Below, piece after piece: positions 28,229 to 35,589 of a DNA stretch of 64,000 nt (its first letter is position 1; each line of letters begins with the position of its first letter). The position numbers were made by a program, and so were the translations under genes. The DNA lies in the IMG/VR virus record IMGVR_UViG_2974697560_000001. One strand, written 5' to 3'. The notes under the pieces were generated by a model. The model made no database searches. It was not told where the DNA came from and saw only the letters and a program-made list of their open reading frames with translations. The stretch is from a virus. Its lineage: Duplodnaviria > Heunggongvirae > Uroviricota > Caudoviricetes.

Positions 28229-28302
28229 GCGTCGGTAGCCCAATGGCAGGAGGCACCAGTCTTAGGAACTGGACAGTGTGAGTTCGAGTCTCACCCGGCG
28301 TA
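28229..28302 (+). tRNA. tRNA with anticodon TAG (Leu by anticodon), class-I architecture, second copy
   Basis: acceptor GCGTCGG/CCGGCGT, D GCC-CAATGGCAGGA-GGC, anticodon arm CCAGT-CTTAGGA-ACTGG, T-arm GTGAG-TTCGAGT-CTCAC. Confidence 0.6.
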
Positions 28303-28356
28303 CTTTGATGGTAAACGCGATGCCATCGAATGCACACAGGGTCGCTCCCAGTGTGA

Positions 28357-28477
28357 GGAACGTAGTTTAATGGTAAAACCGTGAAATGCGCTGTCGAACG
28401 AGAAGTGCTGCCGAGCTAAAGGCGGGTCTTCTGCTAGTAGATAACAGAGTAGCAGTTGTCGGTTCGATTCCGACCGT
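28357..28477 (+). tRNA. interrupted tRNA-like gene: 5' half (acceptor + Gly-like D arm) and 3' half (T-arm + acceptor) separated by an insert of about 80 nt
   Basis: AGGAACG-TA-GTTT-AATGGTA-AAAC ... GTCGG-TTCGATT-CCGAC-CGTTCCG; acceptor complementarity 6 of 7. Confidence 0.3.
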
Positions 28478-28624
28478 TCCGCTAGCCTGCGCTAGATGCA
28501 GGAATGTAAGTCGGCAAGGGAGTGTACAATCCCAAACCGCATTTCTCAACGGCCTTGCAAGGGGCATCAAAGCAACAGGGTGAGAGTGTCTTGGCTGTTC
28601 CGACTCATAACTGGAACCTCCACA

Positions 28625-28695
28625 ATCCGTAGTGGTGAAATGGTATCACATGGCCTTGCCAAGGCTAAAGCGCGAGTTCGATTCTCGTCTACGGG
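28625..28695 (+). tRNA. tRNA-Gly (GCC)
   Basis: acceptor TCCGTAG/CTACGGG, D GTGA-AATGGTA-TCAC, anticodon arm TGGCC-TTGCCAA-GGCTA, T-arm GCGAG-TTCGATT-CTCGT. Confidence 0.75.
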
Positions 28696-28710
28696 ACTTG
28701 GGAACTGACA

Positions 28711-28797
28711 TGGAACTGGCTGAGTCATGACCAGCACGCAATGGTGCGATAGCGGCCGATAAACCGTCAATTCTGGGTTCGAATCCCGGCAGTTCCC
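28711..28797 (+). tRNA. tRNA-like, 87 nt, class-II length; anticodon unresolved
   Basis: acceptor GGAACTG/CAGTTCC (exact), D-like GCTG-AGTCATGAC-CAGC, T-arm CTGGG-TTCGAAT-CCCGG. Confidence 0.3.
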
Positions 28798-28803
28798 CCT
28801 AAT

Positions 28804-28876
28804 GCCCTGGTAGCGTAGTGGATAACGCGGCTGTCTTCTAAACAGTTACAGGCAGGTTCGATTCCTGTCCAGGGTA
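28804..28876 (+). tRNA. tRNA-Arg (TCT)
   Basis: acceptor GCCCTGG/CCAGGGT, D GCGT-AGTGGATA-ACGC, anticodon arm GCTGT-CTTCTAA-ACAGT, T-arm GCAGG-TTCGATT-CCTGT. Confidence 0.75.
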
Positions 28877-28959
28877 CGTTATGAAAATGCTCGGTAGGAA
28901 AGTCTGGAGAGGCCAGACGTTCGAAGACTCTCCAGTCAAAAATAAAATTTGGAGGCGTC

Positions 28960-29151
28960 GTGAACGAAGAGAATGGCACCGAGAATGGAATAATGACAGA
29001 GCTGATTCTACGAGGGATTCTTCAAGTTGAAGAAGTTGAAGAGAATGGCGACATTCTTCTCTCACTAGATTGGGATGCTCTGTACGAGTACAATCCAGAT
29101 ATCTACCTGTATCTCAGGACTGCGGAACTTAACGGTCAGATGATACAATGA
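28960..29151 (+). CDS. hypothetical acidic protein
   Basis: ORF track 63 aa; ggagg RBS. Confidence 0.45.
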   Translation: MNEENGTENGIMTELILRGILQVEEVEENGDILLSLDWDALYEYNPDIYLYLRTAELNGQMIQ

Positions 29152-29155
29152 GTTC

Positions 29156-29308
29156 ATGAAGACATACACCATTGCAGTTAGCCTTCTGTTGGCGGTGGAA
29201 GCTCCCGACCAATCAGACGCCCTTGAAGCAGTTAAGGATACGTTTGGTGAAGGCGAAATCTGCGGAATAGATATCAAAGACGTTGAGGTTGAAGTAATTG
29301 ACGAACTT
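29156..29308 (+). CDS. small hypothetical protein
   Basis: 50 aa, below the ORF-track cutoff. Confidence 0.35.
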
Positions 29309-29489
29309 TGATATGCTGGCTAACATACCTGATGTTGAGTTCTTCCTTAAGTGCACATTTTGCCCGGAAGAAGCTGACGGTGACTTGACAGTAGAGCTTG
29401 AACCTGGTATGTTTGTACCAATGCCAATCTGTGAAGATTGTCTGGTAGAACAAGCCAAGAACTTCAATATGATTGACAGTCCTCAATGA
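29298..29489 (+). CDS. hypothetical Cys-containing protein
   Basis: ORF track 63 aa. Confidence 0.4.
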   Translation: MTNFDMLANIPDVEFFLKCTFCPEEADGDLTVELEPGMFVPMPICEDCLVEQAKNFNMIDSPQ

Positions 29490-29496
29490 GGACTAT

Positions 29497-29568
29497 GGGC
29501 GATTAGTGTTAATGGTAGCACGTCTGTTTTGCAAGCAGATAGAGGGGGTTCGAGTCCCCCATTGTCCA
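29497..29568 (+). tRNA. tRNA-Ala (TGC) with G3:U70
   Basis: acceptor GGGCGAT/ATTGTCC with G3-T70 wobble, D GTGT-TAATGGTA-GCAC, anticodon arm TCTGT-TTTGCAA-GCAGA, T-arm GGGGG-TTCGAGT-CCCCC. Confidence 0.75.
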
Positions 29569-29595
29569 CAACTCCTGCGCAGGGAGGTGTTAAAT

Positions 29596-29670
29596 ATGAG
29601 AGGCGATAGTGTAATTTGGACTATCGTAGGAATCCTGCTCATCGTAGCGCTTGTGCTTTGGATTCTTTGA
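29596..29670 (+). CDS. 24-aa hydrophobic peptide
   Basis: ggagg RBS; listed ORF 29473.. runs through the tRNA, so the upstream part is spurious. Confidence 0.3.
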   Translation: MRGDSVIWTIVGILLIVALVLWIL

Positions 29671-29734
29671 TAACAAACTGGCTGGCCGATACGAACCCCA
29701 TCGTATCCTCGCCCGAGGGTTAGGGACCAGCACT

Positions 29735-29808
29735 AGATTCAGTCGCAGAATTGGTACTGCAAAAGACTCTTAATCTTTGAGGATGTGGGTTCGAGTCCCA
29801 CCTGAATC
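29735..29808 (+). tRNA. tRNA-Lys (CTT)
   Basis: acceptor GATTCAG/CTGAATC exact, D GCAG-AATTGGTA-CTGC, anticodon arm AAAGA-CTCTTAA-TCTTT, T-arm GTGGG-TTCGAGT-CCCAC. Confidence 0.8.
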
Positions 29809-29862
29809 ACGTTGGGTTAGGGAACGCACACCTGGCGAGGTGCCCGCCCAGCTCCACTTAAA

Positions 29863-29896
29863 ACCCACCCTATCCCTCGTGGATAGGGTTTTTTCA
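29863..29896 (+). terminator. rho-independent terminator CCTATCC-CTCGT-GGATAGG-TTTTTT
   Basis: read directly; closes the tRNA transcription unit. Confidence 0.8.
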
Positions 29897-29912
29897 TGCT
29901 ACAATAGTTTGT

Positions 29913-30464
29913 ATGACTACACCAAAGAAATACACACCAAGGCCAGGCGACATCGGACTCACCAGAATTGGTGGTCTGACAGGCGTTCTAGTGGGTCTAG
30001 GGCAATTCATCATGCGAGATGCGAGTAGATACACTCACGTCTTTGTTGTTTTGGATAACCAGGAAGTCATAGAGGCTATGCCAGGTGGAGCAATCATCAG
30101 CCCACTGGACAAGTATGCTGGAACCACTAAGTACGGCAGTCCACTGGCAGTTTATCTAGACATCAAGTTGACGCAGGAGCAGCGAGACGCTATCGTAGAA
30201 GTAGCCCGGCAGCTAGAGGGAACGCCATACAGCTTCCTTGACTATGTGGCCTTGGCTATAGAAAGATTCGGTATCCATTGGAAGTGGGTAGAGAACAGAG
30301 TAACCTCTTCCAAGCATCTAATCTGTTCCCAGTTGGCTGACGAAGCCTATAAGCGTGCAGGTGTTCACCTGTTCGAAGATGGTAGACTGTCCCAGAAGGT
30401 AACCCCAGGAGATTTGACTTATGTCGGGTTCGACCAGCGGTACGATGAAGTGTCTGGGCTGTAA
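29913..30464 (+). CDS. hypothetical protein (possible Cys/His hydrolase fold)
   Basis: 183 aa; TACAAT -10-like element 7 nt upstream and no Shine-Dalgarno. Confidence 0.5.
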   Translation: MTTPKKYTPRPGDIGLTRIGGLTGVLVGLGQFIMRDASRYTHVFVVLDNQEVIEAMPGGAIISPLDKYAGTTKYGSPLAVYLDIKLTQEQRDAIVEVARQLEGTPYSFLDYVALAIERFGIHWKWVENRVTSSKHLICSQLADEAYKRAGVHLFEDGRLSQKVTPGDLTYVGFDQRYDEVSGL

Positions 30465-30645
30465 GAAAGACAAGCCCAAGACTGACTTTGGAACGACAGG
30501 CAACGCAAGGGCCTTGTGCTCACGCTGTAGGTCTGGTAGAGTAATAAGCACAAGCCGAGGGAGTGCCCGGAAGTCAAGTAATGGCAACTGGGTTGGAGAC
30601 CTCTTCGAGGATATTGCTGACGCAATCAGCAGTATGTTCGACTAA
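30445..30645 (+). CDS. hypothetical zinc-ribbon protein
   Basis: MKCLGCKKDKPK...CSRCRSG; listed ORF begins at 30421. Confidence 0.4.
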   Translation: MKCLGCKKDKPKTDFGTTGNARALCSRCRSGRVISTSRGSARKSSNGNWVGDLFEDIADAISSMFD

Positions 30646-30666
30646 GCAAGACGCCCGAAAGGGCTA

Positions 30667-30742
30667 TTCCGGTGGGGCTACTATTGGCAGTAGCGACGAG
30701 CTGTTAACTCGTTTCCCTGTAGGTTCGATTCCTGCCTCCGGA
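30667..30742 (+). tRNA. tRNA-Asn (GTT)
   Basis: acceptor TCCGGTG/CTCCGGA (one mismatch), D GCTA-CTATTGGCAG-TAGC, anticodon arm ACGAG-CTGTTAA-CTCGT, T-arm GTAGG-TTCGATT-CCTGC. Confidence 0.7.
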
Positions 30743-30899
30743 GCTGGAACGCCAAAGCTCGTATACAGGGCACGGATAAAGTCAAAGGGTAGCGTACGTA
30801 TTCTAGATACTATGTGCGTGAGAGTATGATACTAATCCCGGATTAACCGGCAACGTTCCACCAACTTGACACTCCAACTACATCTGCTAGGATGAACAC

Positions 30900-31070
30900 A
30901 TGACAGAGAACGAAGGCTACCTGGTTACCGCAGATGGGCTCTTGAAGGGTCTGTACAAGGATGAAGTGGTAATTCGACAGGGTCGTCTGTGGGTTTGGTT
31001 CAAGTACGAGAAGGCCAAGGAATGGTCTCTCCAATGTCCTAACCAGATTGTAGTTGACGAGGAGCAGTAA
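30900..31070 (+). CDS. small hypothetical protein
   Basis: 56 aa + ORF; stop/start coupling TAAATG with the next gene. Confidence 0.35.
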   Translation: MTENEGYLVTADGLLKGLYKDEVVIRQGRLWVWFKYEKAKEWSLQCPNQIVVDEEQ

Positions 31071-31289
31071 ATGCCCTACGATGAAGACCTCGGATGCGTT
31101 CGAGAGACAAAGAAATTTCAGGTGACACTCAAGGAAGCTGCTTGGGACAATGAGGAACACATTGGTCCTCAGCCCGGTATTAAGGGTGAGTGTTTCGAGC
31201 AAAGGTTCATTGATGGAGACTGGTTTTACTACATCAAGTTCCCAGGATGGCCTGGCTTCCATATTGCATACAAGCACCAAGTAGAGTAA
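31071..31289 (+). CDS. hypothetical protein
   Basis: ORF track 72 aa. Confidence 0.45.
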   Translation: MPYDEDLGCVRETKKFQVTLKEAAWDNEEHIGPQPGIKGECFEQRFIDGDWFYYIKFPGWPGFHIAYKHQVE

Positions 31290-31495
31290 GCTTTACTCAC
31301 AGCATGTAGATTCACTCGCTTGATGGGGTTTTACGTCTTTCCCAGCCCCGGCGGCGGTGATGAAGAAGGGTTTAGCGGCCCTACTTGTACAAGAGGAAGA
31401 CGTTGAGTACAATCATGCTAGAGTAAATAAGCGGATGTTGGGACCGCTTCAAGCAAGAGACACCGCTCAAAGGTGGAATGCTGCATCCCTTCCTA

Positions 31496-31567
31496 TGGCC
31501 TATAGCTTAACGGCAGAGCGATTGACTGTTAATCAATTAGGTGCTGGTTCGAATCCAGCTAGGTCAG
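31496..31567 (+). tRNA. tRNA-Asn (GTT), second copy
   Basis: acceptor TGGCCTA/TAGGTCA, D GCTT-AACGGCA-GAGC, anticodon arm ATTGA-CTGTTAA-TCAAT, T-arm GCTGG-TTCGAAT-CCAGC. Confidence 0.75.
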
Positions 31568-31594
31568 CTCCAACACAACAACGCAAGGATAAAA

Positions 31595-32464
31595 ATGGTA
31601 TACATTGGTTTCGCTGTTCTGCTTCTTCTCGTCACTGTGATTGCGGTCGCAGTTGGGGTGGTGACGAAGAATTCAGTCAGCTACCTTGTTGCTGTTGGTG
31701 CCTTTGTCGTACTGCTCATCGTAACTGGCTTCAACTCAGTAACTTCTGTTGGCGCTCGTAATGTGGGTATTCAGACGGCATTTGGTCGTTACCAGGGAAA
31801 TCTTGACAACGGTTTGCAAATCATTGCTCCGTGGTCTGAGCACGAAGACTTTTCTACTCAGGTTCAGTTCCTTGACCTTGATGGAGATAAGTGGGAGGAT
31901 GGTGCTCCTGTCACCTTTGAGGGTGGCGGCCGTGGTGCAATCTTTGCAACTCCTCGTTGGAGGATTAACGAGGACTCTGCTGGTGACCTTTGGAAGAAGT
32001 ACAAGAACTTCGACAATGTTCGAGACCAGCTTGTTCTTTCTTCTGCAAAGGACTCCTTCCGTGCCGTAGTCAAGGACTACACCCCCAATGAGGCTCTTAC
32101 TATGACTCGTGAAATTGCGAGCAAGGTAAAGGCTGACCTGGCTACTAACCTTGCAGATGATGGAATTCTCATCGATTCTGTAAGCATCCGTGACGTAAAG
32201 CTGGATGACCGTAGTCAGGCTTCTCTCGACAAGATTGTTCAGGCCAACAACGACATTGAGCGTGCGAAGGCTGAGCAGCAGCGAGCGAAGATTGATTCTG
32301 AGACTGCCAAGCTTCGTGAGAAGACTGGCTCCCTCAAGCCCGAGGCTCTACAGCGTTACTGCCTCGATGTGGTCAACAACTGGGACGTAAAGAAGAACGG
32401 AAGCCTGCCTGCTGGCTTCAACTGCAATGGCGGTAATGTTCCGTTCACTGTCACCAACAAGTAA
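31595..32464 (+). CDS. SPFH/band-7 (prohibitin/HflK-like) membrane protein
   Basis: N-terminal TM helix then NVGIQTAFGRYQGNLDNGLQIIAPW SPFH core; coiled-coil C-terminus. Listed ORF starts inside the tRNA, so start trimmed to the ATG at 31595. Confidence 0.6.
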   Translation: MVYIGFAVLLLLVTVIAVAVGVVTKNSVSYLVAVGAFVVLLIVTGFNSVTSVGARNVGIQTAFGRYQGNLDNGLQIIAPWSEHEDFSTQVQFLDLDGDKWEDGAPVTFEGGGRGAIFATPRWRINEDSAGDLWKKYKNFDNVRDQLVLSSAKDSFRAVVKDYTPNEALTMTREIASKVKADLATNLADDGILIDSVSIRDVKLDDRSQASLDKIVQANNDIERAKAEQQRAKIDSETAKLREKTGSLKPEALQRYCLDVVNNWDVKKNGSLPAGFNCNGGNVPFTVTNK

Positions 32465-32506
32465 AAGCACAATCGCAGTGAGATGATTTCAATCTGCTCT
32501 CGCCTG

Positions 32507-32530
32507 CCCCTGACTTCGGTCGGGGGTTTT
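32507..32530 (+). terminator. rho-independent terminator CCCCTGAC-TTCG-GTCGGGGG-TTTT
   Basis: read directly. Confidence 0.8.
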
Positions 32531-32558
32531 CGGCGTTGTAAGGCCCGGTAGCGAGGGG

Positions 32559-32587
32559 TTGACACCCCTCCTTGCTTCCAGTAGAGT
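32559..32587 (+). promoter_or_regulatory. promoter TTGACA-N17-TAGAGT(AGT)
   Basis: one of the recurring motif copies. Confidence 0.6.
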
Positions 32588-32646
32588 AGTAACAAGCGAA
32601 CAGCACAAAAGTATGCTATCCTATTGAAACAAATAGGAGGCAAACA

Positions 32647-32811
32647 GTGAGGTTCGCTTTTGGACTTAGGCCAGGGCATGTTACCAAGCATGGTACAGTA
32701 GTCGCAGCACAGAAGACCTTTGATGGTAAGCACGTGCAGTTGACACTGTCTGGCAGGTCAGATAATGTAGTCATAAGCAAGTACACACTTCTACGAACAC
32801 GGAGAAAATAA
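32647..32811 (+). CDS. small hypothetical protein (GTG start)
   Basis: 54 aa; aataggagg RBS. Confidence 0.4.
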   Translation: MRFAFGLRPGHVTKHGTVVAAQKTFDGKHVQLTLSGRSDNVVISKYTLLRTRRK

Positions 32812-33207
32812 GTGTCTGTAAACATTGGCGATGGCGAAGAGACTGCGGCTGAGACTGAGGTAACTCAGGATGACCGTCCGATTAAGGAAATCATCAAGGA
32901 CTCTGCCAAGGCTTACGCTCGTGCCAAGGGTCGTCAGGCTTTCTTCTGGGCAGTCAAGAACATGAAGGCTCAGGCGAAGGAGAAGGGTAAGGACCCCAAG
33001 TCTGTCAAGGTTCCTACGAAGAAGGCTTCTGCCCTTCGTGTTGGTGACCTTACTGCAAAGGGTGAGTTGAGGAACAGTCAGGTATCTCCCATCGACAAGA
33101 AGAAGATGGAACTGACATTCATCGGTGACTCTGGGGTCGTCTACGAGACGGTTGACAAGAACACCTCCTACAAGGTAGTATCTCGTAGGGAAGTCAAGGA
33201 ACGCTAA
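32812..33207 (+). CDS. hypothetical Lys-rich protein
   Basis: ORF track 131 aa, GTG start. Confidence 0.5.
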   Translation: MSVNIGDGEETAAETEVTQDDRPIKEIIKDSAKAYARAKGRQAFFWAVKNMKAQAKEKGKDPKSVKVPTKKASALRVGDLTAKGELRNSQVSPIDKKKMELTFIGDSGVVYETVDKNTSYKVVSRREVKER

Positions 33208-33226
33208 GCAAGGGCCTTCGGGCCAA

Positions 33227-33298
33227 GTCCCTATAGTTCAAGGGAAAGAACAAGACTCTCCTAAAGTCTAGATGCAGGTTCGAATCCTGCTGGGGATA
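33227..33298 (+). tRNA. tRNA-Arg (CCT)
   Basis: acceptor GTCCCTA/TGGGGAT, D GTTC-AAGGGAAA-GAAC, anticodon arm AGACT-CTCCTAA-AGTCT, T-arm GCAGG-TTCGAAT-CCTGC. Confidence 0.8.
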
Positions 33299-33301
33299 CG
33301 G

Positions 33302-33330
33302 TTGACGCCCGGCACCGAAGGGTGTAGAGT
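33302..33330 (+). promoter_or_regulatory. promoter TTGACG-N17-TAGAGT(AGT)
   Basis: recurring motif copy. Confidence 0.6.
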
Positions 33331-33384
33331 AGTCAACAGATGGACACCTCCTAAGTGTCTTGGGTACACAAACTAGGAGGAAAA

Positions 33385-33531
33385 ATGATTTACATAGTAA
33401 CTGACGGAGTCTGCTGCTGCGGCATCGAGATTCTGGGAGTCTTTACCACCAAGGAAAAGGCTCAGAAGTTTGTTGACAGCGACGAGAAGTACAAGTACGC
33501 TGAGATTGAAGAACACGAAGCAGAATGAGCC
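33385..33531 (+). CDS. small hypothetical protein
   Basis: 48 aa; ctaggagg RBS. Confidence 0.4.
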
Positions 33532-33550
33532 CGAAAGGGTTTTGGGAGCG
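33531..33550 (+). terminator. small terminator CCC-GAAA-GGG-TTTT
   Basis: read directly. Confidence 0.5.
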
Positions 33551-33618
33551 TAGCTCAGTCTGGTCGGAGCAATGCACTGATAATGCATCGGTCGCTGGTT
33601 CAAATCCAGCCGTTCCTA
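33544..33618 (+). tRNA. tRNA-Ile (GAT)
   Basis: acceptor GGGAGCG/CGTTCCT, D GCTC-AGTCTGGTCG-GAGC, anticodon arm ATGCA-CTGATAA-TGCAT, T-arm GCTGG-TTCAAAT-CCAGC. Confidence 0.8.
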
Positions 33619-33622
33619 CTTC

Positions 33623-33694
33623 GGGGTTGTAGCATAACGGTAATGCACTTGCATGGCATGCAAGCGATTGTGGGTTCAAATCCCATCGACTCCA
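33623..33694 (+). tRNA. tRNA-Ala (GGC) with G3:U70
   Basis: acceptor GGGGTTG/CGACTCC, D GCAT-AACGGTA-ATGC, anticodon arm CTTGC-ATGGCAT-GCAAG, T-arm GTGGG-TTCAAAT-CCCAT. Confidence 0.7.
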
Positions 33695-33913
33695 CGGCAG
33701 TTTTATCAGTTTCTCGCCCCGGCATGAAACTGAACGAGGCAGGTTCTAGCAGACCTTATTGGGTGCAAGGTATAGCCCGTATACCCCTTGCAGCGTACAG
33801 ACCACATGTGCTAGCATGGTACGTAATTGAGGGAGTGAGAGGTTGGTCGCCTCAATCTCCCACCTATAATATAAATAATAAAATAAAGCCCTATGATATC
33901 GTAGGGCAACCAA

Positions 33914-33986
33914 GCTCCGGTAGCTCAGTTGGTAGAGCAGGTGACTCTTAATCATCAGGTCCACAGTTCAAGTCTGTGTCGGAGTA
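33914..33986 (+). tRNA. tRNA-Lys (CTT), second copy
   Basis: acceptor GCTCCGG/TCGGAGT, D GCTC-AGTTGGTA-GAGC, anticodon arm GGTGA-CTCTTAA-TCATC, T-arm CACAG-TTCAAGT-CTGTG. Confidence 0.7.
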
Positions 33987-34050
33987 CAAAGCATCATTGC
34001 AAGGGTGCTTAATCACATTGGGGTTCGATTCCCTCTGGTGAAATAATGTG
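33987..34050 (+). tRNA. tRNA-like remnant: T-arm GGGG-TTCGATT-CCCT without a pairing 5' acceptor
   Basis: orphan T-arm between two tRNAs. Confidence 0.2.
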
Positions 34051-34105
34051 GTGTAATCGAGAAGCACAACGATGGGATTCCCATGCGGTTTAACTTCTCC
34101 CTTAT

Positions 34106-34180
34106 GGTCCAGTCGCACAGTCTGGTAGTGCAATTGACTTTTAATCTTTGTGGACGTGGGTTCGAATCCCACCTGGACCA
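34106..34180 (+). tRNA. tRNA-Lys (TTT)
   Basis: acceptor GGTCCAG/CTGGACC exact, D GCAC-AGTCTGGTA-GTGC, loop CTTTTAA (stem has two U-U), T-arm GTGGG-TTCGAAT-CCCAC. Confidence 0.6.
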
Positions 34181-34184
34181 CTTT

Positions 34185-34257
34185 GCCCTTTTAGCTCATT
34201 GGATAGAGCGTTGGTCTTCGAAGCCAAGCGTAGGGAGTTCGATTCTCTCAAGGGGCG
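34185..34257 (+). tRNA. tRNA-Arg (TCG)
   Basis: acceptor GCCCTTT/AAGGGGC, D GCTC-ATTGGATA-GAGC, anticodon arm TTGGT-CTTCGAA-GCCAA, T-arm GGGAG-TTCGATT-CTCTC. Confidence 0.8.
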
Positions 34258-34483
34258 CTTGACATAGCCAAGATGGCATGTCACACTGTTAACAGGACAC
34301 AGCGGACAAGGCTTAGGCGGATGAGTCGGCCCCAGGGTAGACAACAAGCCGGTGGGATGCGAGTGGCTGACCAGTCCTGTTGACACAAGCGGGGAACGTT
34401 GAGTATGCTAACCTCTAAGAGGAACGACGACTAACAAGTTCCCCGCTTTCTAATAAACAACTATAGTAACTAGGAGTTACACA

Positions 34484-35272
34484 ATGGGTTTTCTGCGTAA
34501 GATGAAGAACTTCACGCCTGCTGCTAACCTGTCTGCGAAGAAGACGGTTACGCTGACTCGAATCAATTCTGGTCAGCCTGCTGCAAACGTGAGCCTCATC
34601 AAGCAGAACGGCGTTTCCTTCGAGAAGAAGGTTCAGAGCGCTGTTAAGCTCCAGAAGAACCTGGGTGTCGATAACCGATTCGACGTTATTGCTCTAATTG
34701 ACGAGTCTTACTCCATGGATGGCCTCTTCGCTGATGGCACCGTTCAGGCAATTGCTGAGCGAGCCCTTGCGTGGACTGCTGGTGTGGATGCGGACGGCAT
34801 GGCCCCTGTCGGTGGCTTTGCGAACGGATTCAAGTGGCATGGTGAGATTGACCTCACCAACGTCATGGGATGCGCGTCAAGTTGGGGAACCTGGGGTGGA
34901 ACTGACCTGGCTGCTGGTCTTAAGGCTGCATTTGAGGTTGCGAAGGGTGCTGACAATCCTGTCTATCTCTTCGTTGTCACCGATGGTGCTCCTAACGACC
35001 GACAGGCAGTAGTGAAGCTGGTCAAGGAGATGTCTCAGTATCCTATCTTCATCAAGTTCCTGCTCGTTGGCAATGACCGCAGCGGTAAGCAGTTCCTTGA
35101 GTACCTGGATGACCTTGAGACTCATGAGGGTGCCTCTCGTCTCTTCGACAACGTGGACACGCAGCACATCCAGAACGTCTCTCGTGTGAGCGATGACGAT
35201 TTCAACAAGGCCATGACTGAGGAAGTTCCTTCCGCCATTCAGGCAATGCGTGGAGTCGGCCTGGTTCGCTGA
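34484..35272 (+). CDS. von Willebrand factor A domain protein
   Basis: VIALIDESYSMDG MIDAS; VVTDGAPND; aactaggag RBS. Confidence 0.65.
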   Translation: MGFLRKMKNFTPAANLSAKKTVTLTRINSGQPAANVSLIKQNGVSFEKKVQSAVKLQKNLGVDNRFDVIALIDESYSMDGLFADGTVQAIAERALAWTAGVDADGMAPVGGFANGFKWHGEIDLTNVMGCASSWGTWGGTDLAAGLKAAFEVAKGADNPVYLFVVTDGAPNDRQAVVKLVKEMSQYPIFIKFLLVGNDRSGKQFLEYLDDLETHEGASRLFDNVDTQHIQNVSRVSDDDFNKAMTEEVPSAIQAMRGVGLVR

Positions 35273-35273
35273 G

Positions 35274-35302
35274 TTGACACACTGGCTCAGATGATGTAGA
35301 GT
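35274..35302 (+). promoter_or_regulatory. promoter TTGACA-N17-TAGAGT(AGT)
   Basis: recurring motif copy. Confidence 0.6.
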
Positions 35303-35515
35303 AGTTCTTATCAGGGATGCAAAACCCTCTCAAGCTTCCAGGTAACAGCGGCGGCGGCGTTCAGGGAAGAGGGGATGTGTGGTAGAGTGAACGTACCCAC
35401 ACAACAGCAAAGACAAAAATCTCCGTCTGAGGCTGATAATGTGGAGTAGTGCTAAAGGTAAAGAGGTGGAGGCGAAAGCCAGAGAAGCTTAAGACTTACC
35501 CCAAAGCACTATAAT

Positions 35516-35587
35516 GGCAGTGTGGTGAAACGGCTATCACGTTCCCCTCATAAGGGAAAATCGAAGGTTCGATTCCTTCCATTGCTA
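35516..35587 (+). tRNA. tRNA-Met (CAT)
   Basis: acceptor GGCAGTG/CATTGCT, D GTGA-AACGGCTA-TCAC, anticodon arm TTCCC-CTCATAA-GGGAA, T-arm GAAGG-TTCGATT-CCTTC; TATAAT 4 nt upstream. Confidence 0.75.
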
Positions 35588-35589
35588 CT

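Noticed and set aside
28519-28605. AGTCGG...CCGACT-enclosed 85-nt element containing GGCCTTGCAAGGGGC, considered as a tRNA
   Set aside because: It lacks a T-loop. The internal motif resembles the anticodon stem of the adjacent tRNA-Gly(GCC), so it is probably a decayed partial duplicate.
30843-31280. 145-aa minus-strand ORF
   Set aside because: Two small plus-strand ORFs (30900..31070 and 31071..31289, joined by TAAATG) occupy the region and match the plus-only gene orientation.
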